A DNA stretch of 63,927 nucleotides, filler included, from Sluysia triapertura (taxonomy: Eukaryota), in NCBI GenBank assembly GCA_046118255.1. It is 5 parts of 5 records of this genome, joined end to end, with 100 filler letters (N's around TTAATTAATTAA, not from the genome) between each part and the next. Parts side by side here need not be neighbours in the genome. Positions count along the whole stretch, not along the records: positions 12,377 to 25,006 come from JBJNIA010093673.1; positions 25,107 to 38,939 come from JBJNIA010017525.1; 3 more parts are not named here. One strand, written 5' to 3'. Made by a program: the position numbers and the translations under genes. A model generated the notes under the pieces. It made no database searches. It was not told the DNA's origin and saw only the letters and a program-made list of their open reading frames with translations. Each line of letters starts with the position of its first letter. The stretch's first letter is position 1. Positions 12,660-26,300 of this stretch are shown one piece after another.

Positions 12660-13440
12660 TTAATGTCGATTGGACGTATAATTCGTAATAAAATAAAATA
12701 AAATTGGACGTTCAATCAAATACACCACAAACCAGACAGTAACACTGAGAGAGATGCTGTAAAATGCATCATTAAAATGACATCACGCACTCAGTAGCTG
12801 TCATTAGTCGACAGTTAATAAGGTATGTTGAAATGTTTTAAATTAAACTGTCGACTGGTGACAGACTGTAATTTGAATTAGCGATTAAATGTAACACAAT
12901 AATAAAGTTATTTAGATAATTAATAGTAATAATAATAAAATAGTGAAAAATGAAATAATAATATTAGAATTAAAATTCTTTTAATTTCTTTGATACATAA
13001 ACTTTCCTTTATTTATATTCCTTCTTAACATAAAAAATCAGATGAAGTTTTATTTGTATTAAAATGCTTATGATGGTTTTGAAGTGTGCTTTAAATGTTT
13101 TTCAAAGAGGTTAATTGTTAAATGTGAAAGGATTGAAAACTTGAATTGTTATGATAAAATTTTAACATTTTCTATGATAATTTAAGATTTAAATTGTGAT
13201 TCGAATGTTGTAAAATTGTGGGTTAAAAATGTTTTAAATGAGATTTGAAATGTATTTTAATGTTTTTAACGTAAGTATGATTTGGATGTACTAAAGTTGT
13301 GAATTTAAAGTGTTTTGAAATGAAAGTGGTTTTAATGGATCTAAAAAAATAGGATGTAAAATATGAGATATTGGTAAATGAGATATTATGAATGAGGTGA
13401 TTATATTGAATTTTAATTTTAGTTCATGTAATGTCTAACA
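12660..13440 (-). mobile_element. Cassette arm plus TGACAG/CCAAT promoter box; any cargo would lie toward the linker
   Basis: Reverse complement AGATCCATTAAAACCACTTTCATTTCAAAACACTTTAAATT matches AGATCCACTAAAACCATTTTCCATTCCTCAAAACATTTAAATT at about 25620. The box reads GACAGTTTAA...TATTAACTGTCGACTAATGACAG, and CGTCCAATCGACATTA resembles CGTACAATCAACATTA at 26283. The canonical terminus is missing. Confidence 0.7.
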
Positions 13441-13497
13441 ATATTATATCAACAACATAGTAAATCCTGTTGCTATATGCTCTGATTTCTTACCTAA

Positions 13498-14336
13498 CAA
13501 GGAACATATTATCGCCAGAATATATGTATCACCGACGAGATTAGAGCAATTGCATTTTGCACTAAAGGGAACAAGAAAATATTTATAATTATCAGAAATT
13601 TTAAAAACGATCAAGCATTGTTAATGTTAATTTTAGCTGCAATATTATTTACCATTGCCCTAGCAATAGTGATACTAGTAATTATTATGTTCGTATCAAA
13701 TAGATGTAGATATGCGTGTTTATCTCCAAATAATGACAATGATCGATATATTAATCTACATAGAGGTAATTTTGAGTCACCACAGGGATTTCCATTAGCA
13801 CCACTTCCTGTTTACGAATATGCAACAGGTAATCACTCACCTTTTGTTAGCGTGTGTATGTGTAATCAACGTACAGTCAAAGTCAGTAATCATATTACGA
13901 CCACGGATAACATTAAAGGCACTTCAGCGAAATATATATGTGCAACTATACAGAGTAACACGGTTAAAATTACTAATGTCTCTATGCGTTGTTGCATAAT
14001 TAATTGGTGTAAGACATAAGCAAAAATACCAACCATTAGATGGTGTCTTGCGAAAGTCTCACTGAATATCAATTATTTCATGTTACCTTAACTGTAGAAA
14101 TTGACTACGATCCAAAAAATCGAGGATTATATCAGTACATAATTGTGGGATTAGAACAAAACCTTTCGTCTTTGATCAACTTTCGACAGCTGTTGAATTT
14201 CCAATGCTTCGTTCGCATAAGAAATCCTCTAACAGAAAATATTATAATAATTGCCTGTAAGTTGGTTAAAGGCAGTCATTATGCATTACTACTTCCTAAC
14301 ACTAGTATATGTCTACTTTTTTGTGCTATCTCATGA
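13498..14336 (+). pseudogene. Intronless, probably broken ORF(s) encoding a single-pass membrane protein of unknown family
   Basis: A strong hydrophobic helix LLMLILAAILFTIALAIVILVIIMFV is followed by basic residues and a PY-like LPVY. There is no upstream ATG in frame, and frames change near 14020. Confidence 0.35.
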
Positions 14337-15179
14337 TCTTACATTTATCGAAGTTTGGATTTTACGCTACAATGAAATTTATGTTTTTATATTTAATGAT
14401 TTTATCTTTAGTACTTTATTAATTAGGATATAAAACACTAATTTATAAGCATTATTAAATTTTCAAACTATTAGAAAATTTATCTTTCTAAAAGTGGACT
14501 TAAGATCCTTAATCATATAAACTGAACAATAAAAACACAAAAAGTCCTTATACATTATACGATTTGACAAAATAAAAATGATAAAATGAGGATCATAAAT
14601 ATCATAACAAACACTACTGTTCATTTGATTATGTCAAAAACAGAAAATCAAGCTTCGGCAATCAACCATGTTTCCGACAACACAGCATATATTTTTAGAT
14701 ATATTTTCTTGTCTCATGAGTTACCAATTATTCGATACTTTTTGAGTTCTTTTTGAGAGCGTTATAAAAATATAACTTATGAAATTTATAAAATTTGACT
14801 ACAATATTTTTTATTAAAATAAATTAACAATATACAAATAAAGAATAATACATTACTTATATTAAACATAGTAATTACTGTCATATTATTCAGTGTCGCA
14901 TCAAACGCTTCAAATGATTTCAAGTTGTTTAAATTTCATCATTTTTATTAACGAAAATTTCGCGAAAATATAATAACACATGGATAGAGTTTCACATATA
15001 TTGCTTATTGATAAATAATCATTGAATTGGTTCCTTTTCAGTACAAACATTACCAGAATAAGCAGATTAAACCAAAAGGTTAATAAAGTCGTGACATAAA
15101 TATGCATATAATTGATTTATTTTTTAGGCAAGTTTAAATTAATATTAATTTTTTATTATTTTTCTATAATTTCAGGTAT

Positions 15180-16316
15180 CGAAGTAACAGTTTTAATTTT
15201 TACATACCATCTACCATTACTGATAGTCATTTAATCGAAACATTTTTAAGTATAGTGTAATTGGACATCCAATTAGTTCTCTATTGCCAAATACTATTAT
15301 TCTCCTGATTAGATGCCCAATAGTTCTTAATACACAGTTGGTGTGCAAAAATACAGTTACGAGTCACAATTAAATAATAGTTAGACAAAATTGAACTCAG
15401 AAAAATTAAAAAGTTAGTGGAACAATTTTAATCAATACTCCGTAATGTACAAGTACAGCACTATAACTATCAATGAATTCGACATAGATGGATCACTTAA
15501 TTTTCCATTATACGTGCCATTCGTATATGTTGATAGAAGTCCAGTACTCGACTTTGATAAAAAAGAAAATATTAAAATTGGTATGCCTTTTATTATGTTT
15601 ATGTTAAGCAATTAAAAGATGGAAAATTTGAAGCATATTGCAGTACATTAAATACCAGAATAATGATCTAGTAAATATAAATTCAGTTAAGCTAAAGTTA
15701 ATTACAAATAAAGAGTTAGTTTTATTATTAATATCTCATGAACTATATCTACGACTACCGAAAATTACAAACCTTTCGAATTGTGAAATACAAAACATCA
15801 ATAAAAAATTTAGATAGAACGATTTTTTACATCTCAGTTTAAACACTTTAGTTTTAGTCATGAGTTATAATCATTAGTTATAATCATTGTATTATAACAT
15901 GGAAAATAAAAATTAAAGTGTTCACAGATTAAGTATGCCAGTAGATGATCAAGTTATTAATATGTTCAGCTCTGCACAAATTATTTAGTACAAACATAGT
16001 AGATGCTGGCTCATGTGTTATGACAAATAAAGTAACATCAACACTGAAGGACATGTCCAAAGTAAAATCAAGAACTTTCTGTTCAAAATTCTTCTATACA
16101 AGCAGCAAACCTTTCTATATACAGTCACATACCTACGCTAATGAAAACAAATACTACAAGAACTCTATTTGCTTATATGGAACCACACAGACTGGTGATT
16201 GTTCCCGGTAGGGTAGAAATTGCAATTATTGCCATCAAGTTTATGAAATTAAAGATGTTATTGGTTCTATATCGAACTTCAGTACTTACCATGACAGAAT
16301 CAATGCTATATTATAA
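15180..16316 (+). pseudogene. Decayed novel-domain/DEAD-box/CCCH family gene (copy 3)
   Basis: NKYYKNSICLYGTTQTGDCSR*GRNCNYCHQVYEI...YHDRINAIL is a CCCH finger with an internal TAG. It is homologous to NKHYKAALCPYMITQSGKCQRHTTKCNYFHFVSEL...HLDRINGLL at 27.9-28.0 kb. N-terminal motifs are shared with copies 1 and 2. A degenerate box TTACTGTCAT...CAGTGTCG lies at 14875-14900. Confidence 0.7.
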
Positions 16317-16582
16317 ATCTTGGTAGCAACATCATTAGATCCGGTGAACAAAAAGTAATATTGAAACTTAATTTAATTTACTTTGGTATAAATCAAATTG
16401 TATATTTGTATTTTTTAGATTTCCAATCTTAGTTACATCCAGGCACATTCAGGAAATATGTAAATTAAATGCAAAATTAACTGTTTATTTCGAAAATTTA
16501 AATAAAGTAAATCAATTTAGTCTTTATTTTTATATTCATCTAGTATTTAATAATGTTGATAAATCTAAGTAAATTAATTTTG

Positions 16583-19500
16583 TTAACAGAATTTTCTGTC
16601 GAATAATTTCAAATTAAAATATACACAATTACCATTAATAGTTTCTGGAAGAGGACCCATAATATTCATAGCGTTAAACTCCATTGGTGATAGTGGTACG
16701 GGTATCGGTTTTAAAGGTACCGTTGTCTTTTGTCCTGTATTTTTGCGTCGGCAACATATTGAGCAATCTTTACATCTTTTCCATATTTTCCCAATATCTA
16801 AATTAAATTCCGAAAGTTTATTAAACCATCTATTAAGTCGACTAACTTCGTCTTTATGATTGTATAAGTAAGTCAGTGGTTTATGATCAGAATATGAATA
16901 AACTTTTTGTCCTAGTAAATAATGTCTGAATAATTTAGTTGCATATACAATTGCCAAACATTCTCTCTCTACGGTTGAATAATTCATTTCTGCCTTATTG
17001 AGTATTAGACTAGCGTAAGCAATAACGGCTTCTAAGTTATTGTTGTCCTTTCGTTATAGTATAGCTCCTATGACATAATTGCTAGCATGGGTAGTTAATA
17101 TGAAAGGTTTGCTAACATCGGAAAAATTAATATTGGCGCTGTGGTAAGATGTTCTTTCAATTCTTTGAATGCTTTTGTTTGATAATCTGTCCATTTAACT
17201 TCTTTGTTAATTTCCTGAGAGGTTGCGCGATTTTTGCGAAATTTCTAACAAACCTTCTATAGTGGTTGGCTAATCCCAGAAAATTTAATTACCTTTTCAA
17301 TATTCATTGGATTTGGTTTAATGCAATCTTTAGATACTACATGTCCTAAAATTTCAACCTTTTCTTCGAATCACCTTGTCTTCTGTTATTGATATTTCAT
17401 GTTTTATTATTATGGAATGCCCAATATCTTATTTGTTCTTTGAGATTGCTCTTGGATAGCGATATATAATTTCGTATAGTTGTTCCTTTTATCTCTTAGT
17501 TAGATTTTTGTTGTTAATTCGGATTTCTCCATAATCCTCTTCTAGTATATCGCGTTGCAATTTTTTAATATTGCCTTTTGTTGTCTCGGTTATTTTGTAG
17601 TTGACAATATTTCCTAATTTGGTTTCGGTAAATAACCATTTAATATCAGTCGTATAGTTTATAATTCGAACGGCTATTTTTCCTTCACAATTGTTACAGA
17701 TTGAATCTGCTATGTCTATGTCTAATTTTTCTTGATTGATTTCTGAGGCTATACACATGATGAACTATTTGTTTATGTTGGCATTATATACTCTGTTCTA
17801 CTCAGTAACCATAATGGTTTATCAACATAAACATCGTCGTCGTCGATAGTTCTATTCGAATAATTATCAATTATTTTGACAGTGTCAAAATCCAGTATTA
17901 CTCATTTTAGTTGTGATAACATATCCATCCTCAATATCATGTCTGCAGGACACTTTTTCATTATTCTTAATTTTACTTCAACTTTATTCTGTCCTATCTC
18001 GCATACAGCTTTCATCACTCCAACAATGTGTACAGAATCACCAGTAACTCCTGATAGATATGAAAAATTGTTGCGTCTTTAAAAACTATTAGTTATGATA
18101 ATGACGATATTAATTTAATTAGCTTAAAAAAATCTTAATAATTTGAATAGTCAGTATATCAAGTATAACTTGGCAGTAATCTTACTTAATATCAATAATG
18201 ATAATTATTTATCCAAAAATTAAACTCTTGAAAATCAAATCAATAACAACACAACAATTTACTTGTTAAATAAAAATCAACTACAAATTAGTATTATCAT
18301 GAATCTCTATTAAGCAGTACTAAAAATGATTAAAATGACGAGATTAATAATAATGTTTATAATAGTCTCAAGGATATAACAATCTATCAAAAGAAACCAG
18401 AGGTGATTATCAAATATAAATTTTTCAACACAACACAAAAACAAAAACTATTTTAATAAAATCCTCCAAAAAATAATATTATTTTTAATTACAAATTAAA
18501 TTCAAAAATTACTTAAAGCATTGATCCTCTCATTTACATTATCAATTGTTGTTGTTACTGTTGTGTTGTTGCGTTGTGTAATAAATTTTTTAAGCTTTTC
18601 TTTTTATATTTTCTCATCATCCAATAATTTCCAATTGTGTGATTAAACATTTTCTCATTCTTTGAGAATTAATCCGACAATAATAACTTTGACACTTACA
18701 TGGTACAGACTGTCAAACTTTATTAGATACAAAAAATTTGATTTTCGATTATCTATTATTTTCCTTTACTCTACTCAATCTACTTTTACTAAAATTAATT
18801 TTCACATTAAAATAACGATCATTATTATTGTTAACATACATAAAAAAATAAGTAATTTAATTTTTTAATTTAATTTAATCGATTTCTAGTTTTTCACAAC
18901 CAATTTTCTAATGAAAAATGTTTTAAGCTTCTTATTCTCAAACAAACCACTCTACAAATATTTTAAACTCACTTCTAGATTCTCCTCTTTCATAGCAATC
19001 ATCTCATATTCCATTCATTACATCTGCATTTGTACATTCAGTGCTGGTCTTAGATGGACTTCTACTTTCTTACATTTGTAAGTGTAATACTTCTCCCATT
19101 AATCTGCCGAATGCATCTTCTTCTAACGGCAGTAATGGAACCACTGCCAGTTTTGTACGTGATATTTCTTTATTCAAGTGACAATCTCGGGCAATCATGA
19201 TTTGATAGATTTTTTCTAAAGACATTAATCCGAGATGGTAGTCTATTTTGTTATTAAATAACTGTTTAATTTTATATTTTTTGAATCTATTCCTTTCTTA
19301 GCTTGTAATATTGTTTTTCGGATAAGTTGATACCTTGGTAATTAGTTTCGATAATTTCTTTTCCATATCTTATTATAGTTCCTTTTGATATGAAAATCAG
19401 TCAGTCTTCTTATTTACTAGCCATCATGATAGTTGGAGTTTCTATTTGGTTTAGTGTTTTATGTTGTAATTTCTCTTTTCTATTTGTTTCTTCTATTGGT

Positions 19501-19600
19501 AAGTCATCAATATTCTGATAAACAAGTCAAGATACTGAGTTAAATTTTATTTGTTTCAAGAATATTAAAGGACACTGGAACTTATCCAGATTCACCTGTG
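16583..19600 (-). mobile_element. Degenerate, internally deleted Ty3/Gypsy LTR retrotransposon (gag remnant, protease, RT, RNase H, integrase start)
   Basis: Zinc-knuckle remnant IARDC at about 19190. Protease tail LSGVTGDSVHIVG...DMILRMDML at 17910-18070. RT ILGHVVS...FLGLANHYRRFVRNFAKIAQPL. RNase H NYSTVERECLAIVYATKLFRHYLLG...SDHKPL. Integrase CSIC...PLKPIP...MGPLPET. The domain order is PR-RT-RH-IN. Confidence 0.9.
18085..18660 (+). repeat. Copy of the 3615-4470 arm, interrupting the Gypsy remnant between gag and protease
   Basis: Aligns directly to 3615-4470. The protease frame is cut at about 18080. Confidence 0.85.
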
Positions 19601-19653
19601 TCATAACTCGTATGATCCAAATATAATAATACCGAACTTTTATTATGTACACA

Positions 19654-22260
19654 CTAATAAATTTTTGCCCAAGGGCAGTAACATAAATGATTTACACACA
19701 TTATAAAATTATAAAAAGTTTCAGTTCGATGAAAAGTTATTTTTTTCGGTTTCATTTTACCAGTTGCTGTGACTCTCGGATAGCAGGACAAAAAATGATT
19801 TATAAAGATTCGGTGTGAAATTTTGATCATTCCAAAAGCGATGTTGATTATTACTTTGTTGACTTGTGAGGACAGAAATTTGAAGGATTTAAGAACAAGT
19901 AGTGCCAAAGAATGAAAGATTAAGGTGTAGATAGTAACTTTAGAACGAGAGATTCTAGAGAGATGTTGAGAGAAAGGAAGATATTTCAAAGAATTTTCCT
20001 TGTGGACGTCAGAGAAAGATTCAAGTTTATCAAAAGGAGTTTTGACATCAATAATGAAGAAAGAAGAATTGAATTGAAAGACAAGGTCCGGCCTTTGTTT
20101 TTTGACTTTTCGGGGACATCTGAACGGTTGGACAAGAGTTGGCATTCAGAGTCGCATTCAACGTCAATTCTCTGGTCCCTAAAGAAAGATGAGATGAGTT
20201 TAAGAGCGTGGTTATGACGAAGAATAATCAAACTAGAATGGAACGGGCAATGGTTAAGAACATGGGGCGCGGACTTGCACTTAAAGCGGCAACGTCGGCA
20301 ATGAGTAGAAGTATTAGTTTTCAGATTTTTCGGAAAAAGTTTAAAGGCAAAGTGTTAGTGCGAGCTTTAAGTAACAAGAAGAAGGTGTTGTCAGGAAGTT
20401 CGGAACTAAGAAGAAGTTTATTGGACAGTTGAGATTGAGCAAGAGAAGAAGTTAAAAGAGACTGGCATTTGAGGGATTGCCATTTAAGAAAATGAGACAA
20501 TCCAATCAATTGATAGAAAGCTTGAGTAATATTGTCCTTCTTATCTTTGGTGAAAGAAAACGAAGAAGATTGCAAAGAAAGTTTAAGAATAAATGAGTAA
20601 TTGTCAAAAGCTAAAAGAACCACAATACCATACTTAGATCTGATGGATTTGCAGCAGTCTCTCACATTAGCCCAAAGAGTTGCTTTAGAAGGAAACATAT
20701 CAGTATTAATAGAACCTGAAAGCCAATTAAAAGTAGAGATAAGATAAGGTTTGCGGAAATAGAGTTTTGTGTCCAGTTTTAAGTATTTGACGGAGAAACG
20801 GTGAAGATTAATGTCACAAGAAGTAAAAATTCGAAAACAATGAACAATGGTTTGGATAAAGTATTCAGAATGTACGGAAATAAAATCAAGTCCCCCAAGA
20901 TCAACAATAGTACAGAAGAAATCAACAGAGGTAGATAGTGAATATGAAGAGCAGGACGGAGAGTCATCATCATCGTCACTAGGATTCATCTTGCTGGCTC
21001 TGAAACGGTAAGAAAATCAAGAAAGAATAAAGATTTTTATAGCCCTGATTTTCTGTATGGGATGCAAAGGACAAGATATGTTTAGCAGAACCAATCTTGG
21101 AGCCGAGATAAGTGTGGTGAGAATTAGAGTCGATAATAGGCAAAAGAGTTCCATAAATAGTAAGAGAAGAAGAAGTAGAACGAACAGTATTAAGAAAGCC
21201 GCATTTATCAGGACAGAATTTAAGATTGATGAAAGAAGAGAGTGATGAGAGTTTGTCAAGGGTAAGTTGAAGAGAAGAGGACGAATTGGAAACAAGCGTG
21301 ATATCATAAGAAAGACAAGTGAAGTCAAAACCAAGATAGGAAAAAGGAAAAAGATTCGAAGATGCGAAACGAAGAAGTGGTTCAATGGAAAGACAAAAGA
21401 GCATCATAGACAGGAGAAAGCCCTGCTTGACTCCAACTTTGACCGGAACAGGAGCAGATATATAAGGACCAAGAGAGTAAGTACAAAAGTTGTCGGTATA
21501 AAGATTCTTAAAAAGAGTAATAGTGGATTTTTGAAGACATGATCTTTCAAGCAACCAGAAGAGATAACTATGCGGAACTGAACCGAAAGCGTTAGAAAAG
21601 TTGATTTAGGAGAATGAGTTGTACTAGCGTGAAATAAAGTTTGCAAAGTATGAATATGCTGAAGACAGGCGGCTGAATGGATAGGACAGATAAGTCTACT
21701 TGCTTGGATCCAATCAAGAAGTCTAGCATTGAGCATTTTGGTGTAAAGCCTATAAGAGGTATCAACAATAGCAATAGGACACCAAGAAGAATAATAAGTT
21801 GATTCAAAAGATTTACCCGGTTTCAGAATAAGATGAGTGTGAAAGTGCCGCCATAGTTGAGGAATGTCAGCAGTAATATGAATAAAGTTGAAAAGAAATA
21901 GAAGAAAGGAAAACTCAGGAGGGGCCAGAAGGGCCAGGAGATTTTTTTCAAATTTTCGGGCCCCTCCGCTGTTGGGCCGGACAGGCTGAATATTATTTCC
22001 AGAGGAGACTGATCTTAGAGAAATGGATCGCCAAGGACTAGGACGCCGGGAGCTGGGTTTTCTTGCCAAAATCTTCGAGTTCCTATGAGACTGGGCTCAT
22101 CAATGATACGCGGAGTTGTTGCTAATCCAAAGAGTCTTCGGAACCCTCCGCGACTGGGACCATCGTCAACACGCGGAGTTTCGCCAGGGATAAAATGACC
22201 AGATCTTCGGGCCCCACAGCTATAGGGCCAAACATTCTCACGCGGAGTATTGTTTGATTT
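19654..22260 (-). mobile_element. Degenerate non-LTR retrotransposon with RT and restriction-like endonuclease (R2 group, NeSL/R5/Utopia-like)
   Basis: RT motifs IPQLWR...ILKPG...WCPIAI...YRLY, FSNAFGSVPH, GVKQG..LS.MLF, LKFCPDKC, YLG and GGL. C-terminal ARTNTLP, CRRC...HVLNHC, RHN and RPDLV...IIDVKTPFD...KY. Many frameshifts. Confidence 0.92.
21953..22250 (-). repeat. About five degenerate GC-rich 59-69 bp tandem units at the 5' end of the non-LTR element
   Basis: ACGCGGAGT at 22108, 22171 and 22240, and TCTTCG at 22072, 22135 and 22204 (spacings 63 and 69). The reverse complement translates TPRENVWPYSCGARR, TPRVDDGPSRGGFRR and TPRIIDEPSLIGTRR. Confidence 0.75.
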
Positions 22261-22503
22261 AAGCTATAGATTTTGTGACTCCTCTTAATGATGAGTCAAA
22301 AACTTAAATAATAAACTTACCAATTAAATTAATCCTTTGTAAAGTAAAATTTTATAATCAACTTGTGTATAATCAAAATTGTATAAACTTGTGTAATCAA
22401 TTTGTATAATTGTGAAACCAACTAATTTTCTTTCTGCAAATAAAATGGAGACTAATTTAAATTCCTTATATAGTATATTAGCTATTAGGAACCATATTAA
22501 TAG

Positions 22504-23178
22504 TGTAAAGGTCTACATAATTTTATGTTTTTTATTTTGTATTTTTATGATTTTTTAAATTGCAAAAATATTATAAAATTTATTAAAATTTATATATTCT
22601 AAAAAATTAGTAATTTAATTATAGTAAAATTAAAATTATTCTTATTATTTTAAAAAGATCGAAAGAGAAACTTCTAGAAAGAAGTTTATTTAAATGTATT
22701 AAAAATCACAATATGTCTTTATGAGTCTATAAAGAAAGAATAAAGAAAGAACCATTATTAAAATAGAAACCATTGTCGCCATATTTGTGAAACAAAGAAG
22801 TTATTTCGCCATTTGGTATACAACACAATCGCACTGGTGCAAATTGATTATAGTGGTATTGGATTGCTTTTCGCCAGAAATTCTGTCAAATTTCAATCAA
22901 GAAGATTAAATTGTGTCCCGCGTCTACGATTAGAAGGAACGATTTTCAACAACACAATTTTCAAGAAGAAATATTTATTCAGTTTCCATACTTGTGAATT
23001 ATTCGTAAGTTTAATTTACATGGGTTTTTAACTTTCTAAAGAGTAATAAATTTTACTTAAAATATCCTTTTTCACAGTTGGTCATTAAGGCCAATCACAA
23101 AATCTATTTTAAAATATAAAATCTTGAACCTTTAGTTGGCCCTTAAGGTCAATTACAAAATAAATATTGTAGGGTAGA
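22504..23178 (+). repeat. Second copy of the about 700-bp TGTAAAG repeat
   Basis: Aligns with 8712-9425. Confidence 0.9.
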
Positions 23179-24826
23179 GTCTTCTGGGCTAGACCATTAT
23201 TATACTTCAATTTTTATTGTTATTATAATTTTATCATTTTTGAAATTTTATATTATTAATATTAATTTTGTAGTATTTTTCGTATATTTGTATTAAATTT
23301 ATTTTAATCACAATTGTAATATAATAAAAAATAGCAAGTCTTTAGCATTCTCTTTATTTGAATCAAAGGTATAATTGATATATTTTAATCTAGTTTAATA
23401 TATTTTTATTAAGTTTAAAAATTAAAGGTATAAGAGACGATACATTTCTACACTTTCATTATCTACGTAAAATTTTTGTAATAATTCAATTATCTTTTAA
23501 ACTAACGTTGGTCGTAATTAATTAATTAGTTTTTTAAGTTGTTTGTTGTTAATTGACATAGACGACGATTTTTTGCCCATTATCGTTAAGTTAAGGCGAA
23601 GCATCTTTTGTACGATTAAATTTGACAATTGCTTTCAAGTAATTTCTACAGTACGCCATTAGTAAGTCGTATACTGTAAATGGACTCATAATAATTAGTT
23701 ATTTTGCTGTATGTTAGGTTTTTAGGTTAAGAAAACACCCAGCAATTTTTACAATAACATACAGACTCCATCTTATCTTATAAAAATCTGAAAAAATTAG
23801 GGAATCATTTAATGAAATTCTTCTACCAAAATTTTATTATTGCTAAAAAGAAATATTTAATTTTCTCACCGTTTTAAATAATATTTCACAAAAGACATCA
23901 AAATATCAAAACGTACTTTTTTAATTTAGATCCGACATTTGTTACTTTATTTGTGTTTACAATCCAAAATAAACTTTAATATTGAAAGTTATCAAAAATA
24001 TTGTTCATTAAGTCCGAATGATCATAAAATTAATTTTATATGGATGATTAATGAATTTGCTGTTTGTATATTGCCCAGATGTCCACAACAAAGAAAGTCA
24101 AGAAGTAGTCAGCAAAGACTTTTAGAAATTTCCGACTAAAATACTTCACTGAAATATTTAATTTCTTTTATTTATACAGAGAAACTACTGTGCATCGTAT
24201 TGAAAGAAATTTAATGCATTTAAATATATCATTAAAAATTACATTTCATTGTTTTAATTTGCAATTTGTTTAATAAAGCAGTTTATTGTAATTTTTCTTT
24301 TAAAGAATCCTTTTTAAAATTAACTTAATTTTTCTGACTATTGTTATTATTAATGGCAATATTAAAAATATTATTATTATCATTATTATTATTATTAAAC
24401 TTTGTTTACGGAAGCTGTAATGAAGCAATATCCTGAATTTATGAATAATAAACGGATACAACGAAAAATTGTTACAAATTTCACTCTTTGAATAAAATAA
24501 ATAATGGTAATTTGTTTATTAATTGATTAACACTGATATGATAAATAAAATTGGTATATAATTAATTTATAAAGAAAATAAATTTTTATGCAAATTATAT
24601 TTTCTGTTAATTTATTTATTTTAACGTAAAATATGAAACTTTTGATCTACTAAGAAGTCTGGGGAGGAAGCAAAAATTTCTTCTAAATATTTGTCAAATA
24701 CACATCTCGGTTTACTGATTTTGTTCACTTTATATAGATCTAAAGTTGAAAATAATGTCTGAAATAAATGAAGTTTTATTTAAAAATTACTTCTAAAAAT
24801 GGAGTCAGTTCTTTAGTTTGTAAATG

Positions 24827-25006
24827 TGTAAAAATTTTTACTTTTTATGTTTTATAATTTATATTTTAAAAATTCTATAAAATTATAAATACTATAAAAT
24901 TTATTAAAATTACTATTATTAAAAAAATTATTATTCTAATTATATTAAAATTAAAATTATTACTAAATTACTTTAAAAAATAATTCAAAAGAATTTTCTC
25001 GAAATA
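24827..25006 (+). repeat. Third, more diverged 5' fragment of the TGTAAA repeat, truncated by the linker
   Basis: TATAAAATTTATTAAAATT...AAAAAATTAT...TAATTAT..TAAAATTAAAATTATT is shared with the other two copies. Confidence 0.65.
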
Positions 25007-25106
25007 NNNNNNNNNNNNNNNNNNNNNNNNNNNNNNNNNNNNNNNNNNNNTTAATTAATTAANNNNNNNNNNNNNNNNNNNNNNNNNNNNNNNNNNNNNN
25101 NNNNNN
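25007..25106. other. Artificial contig linker
   Basis: 44 N + TTAATTAATTAA + 44 N. Confidence 0.97.
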
Positions 25107-25360
25107 ATGCATATCAAACTATGCATATATAAATGCTTCGGCTTTGGTTGTAAAGCGATTTTCAATTTAATTTTCGCTTATCATACATTTTTAAATATAA
25201 CAGAACAAAGGTTAACTTAAAAAGTTTAGGTATATTTGCATATCGAAAAAATTATGTAGATTCTGTTTTTGTACGCAAAATGCATGCTACCAGAGCACAC
25301 CCATTGCATATTTGACCTTACCTTAAGAATAATAACCATTTTTAGCTTCTATGTTATCAT

Positions 25361-26300
25361 TGTGGTGACCAGCCCAATATTTTAAAGTTTTATTTCACTA
25401 ACACAACTAAATCACCACACAAAAATTTTATAATTCTTAATACTCCTAAACATAAATTTAAAATACCAAATTCATATTTAATATCGAAAATCATCAAAGA
25501 TTTATTTAAAATATTAATTCAAAACATTCCAAACTTAATTAACATACTTCATATAAAATCACATTCCATAACATTCTCACTATTTTTCATTAAAACCTTT
25601 TTTCATATTTTATTTCTTCAGATCCACTAAAACCATTTTCCATTCCTCAAAACATTTAAATTAATAATCCGTCAACACCCAAATCTTAATTACATTCAAA
25701 ATGAGCAATCCTTTCTAAAACTCTTTTAAAACATTTATGCTTTATCACATAACGTCAGAATCAAAACTACTCTTTATGTTATCGAAAATGCATCACATTA
25801 ATTATAACATAAGTTTACAAAATCCCAACATTTAACCATTTTAGACAAAAATTAAAACAATTTTATTCAAGATATTAAGCCAAAAGATGTATGTTGAGAA
25901 TTAGAATTACACGAAAAGAAATATCGTTTTCTTTTTTCTAGAACATCAGAAAAATTTATGTTTTAATTAATCCATCATTATTGCTATTTTGTTTTGTTCT
26001 TATTTAATCTTTATTATTATTACTATTATTGTTTAGAGTTGTTATTTTTATCATTATAATTAACATTTGCATTCAATACGTCTTAATAACTGCCAGTGGT
26101 TGACAGTTAATCAAGCAAAACTACATAGATACTATTTACTGTCAACTGCTGACAGTCAGATAGCTAAAATTTAATTGTTTGACACTCACTTCATTTGTAT
26201 CACAGCTTTCTTATTTACCAACCGACCAATAGACGCCTTTTAAAATAAACGACAAACTTACAATACTTACACATCTATTGGTCGTACAATCAACATTAGC
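25361..26300 (+). mobile_element. Most complete cassette arm: TGT terminus, A/C-rich arm, (TAT)n tract, TGACAG box and CCAAT boxes
   Basis: Starts TGTGGTGACCAGCC. TATTTAATATCGAAAATCATCAAA matches TATTTAACATCGAAAATCATCAAA in the reverse complement of the 7.2-kb arm. The box CTGCCAGTGGTTGACAGTT...TATTTACTGTCAACTGCTGACAG lies at 26090-26155, with CCAAT/ATTGG at about 26226 and 26277. Confidence 0.75.

Noticed and set aside
16209-16211. In-frame stops in cargo ORFs as evidence of stop-codon reassignment or readthrough
   Set aside because: The same ORFs carry frameshifts and deletions, and intact host genes end normally at TAA with no internal stops.
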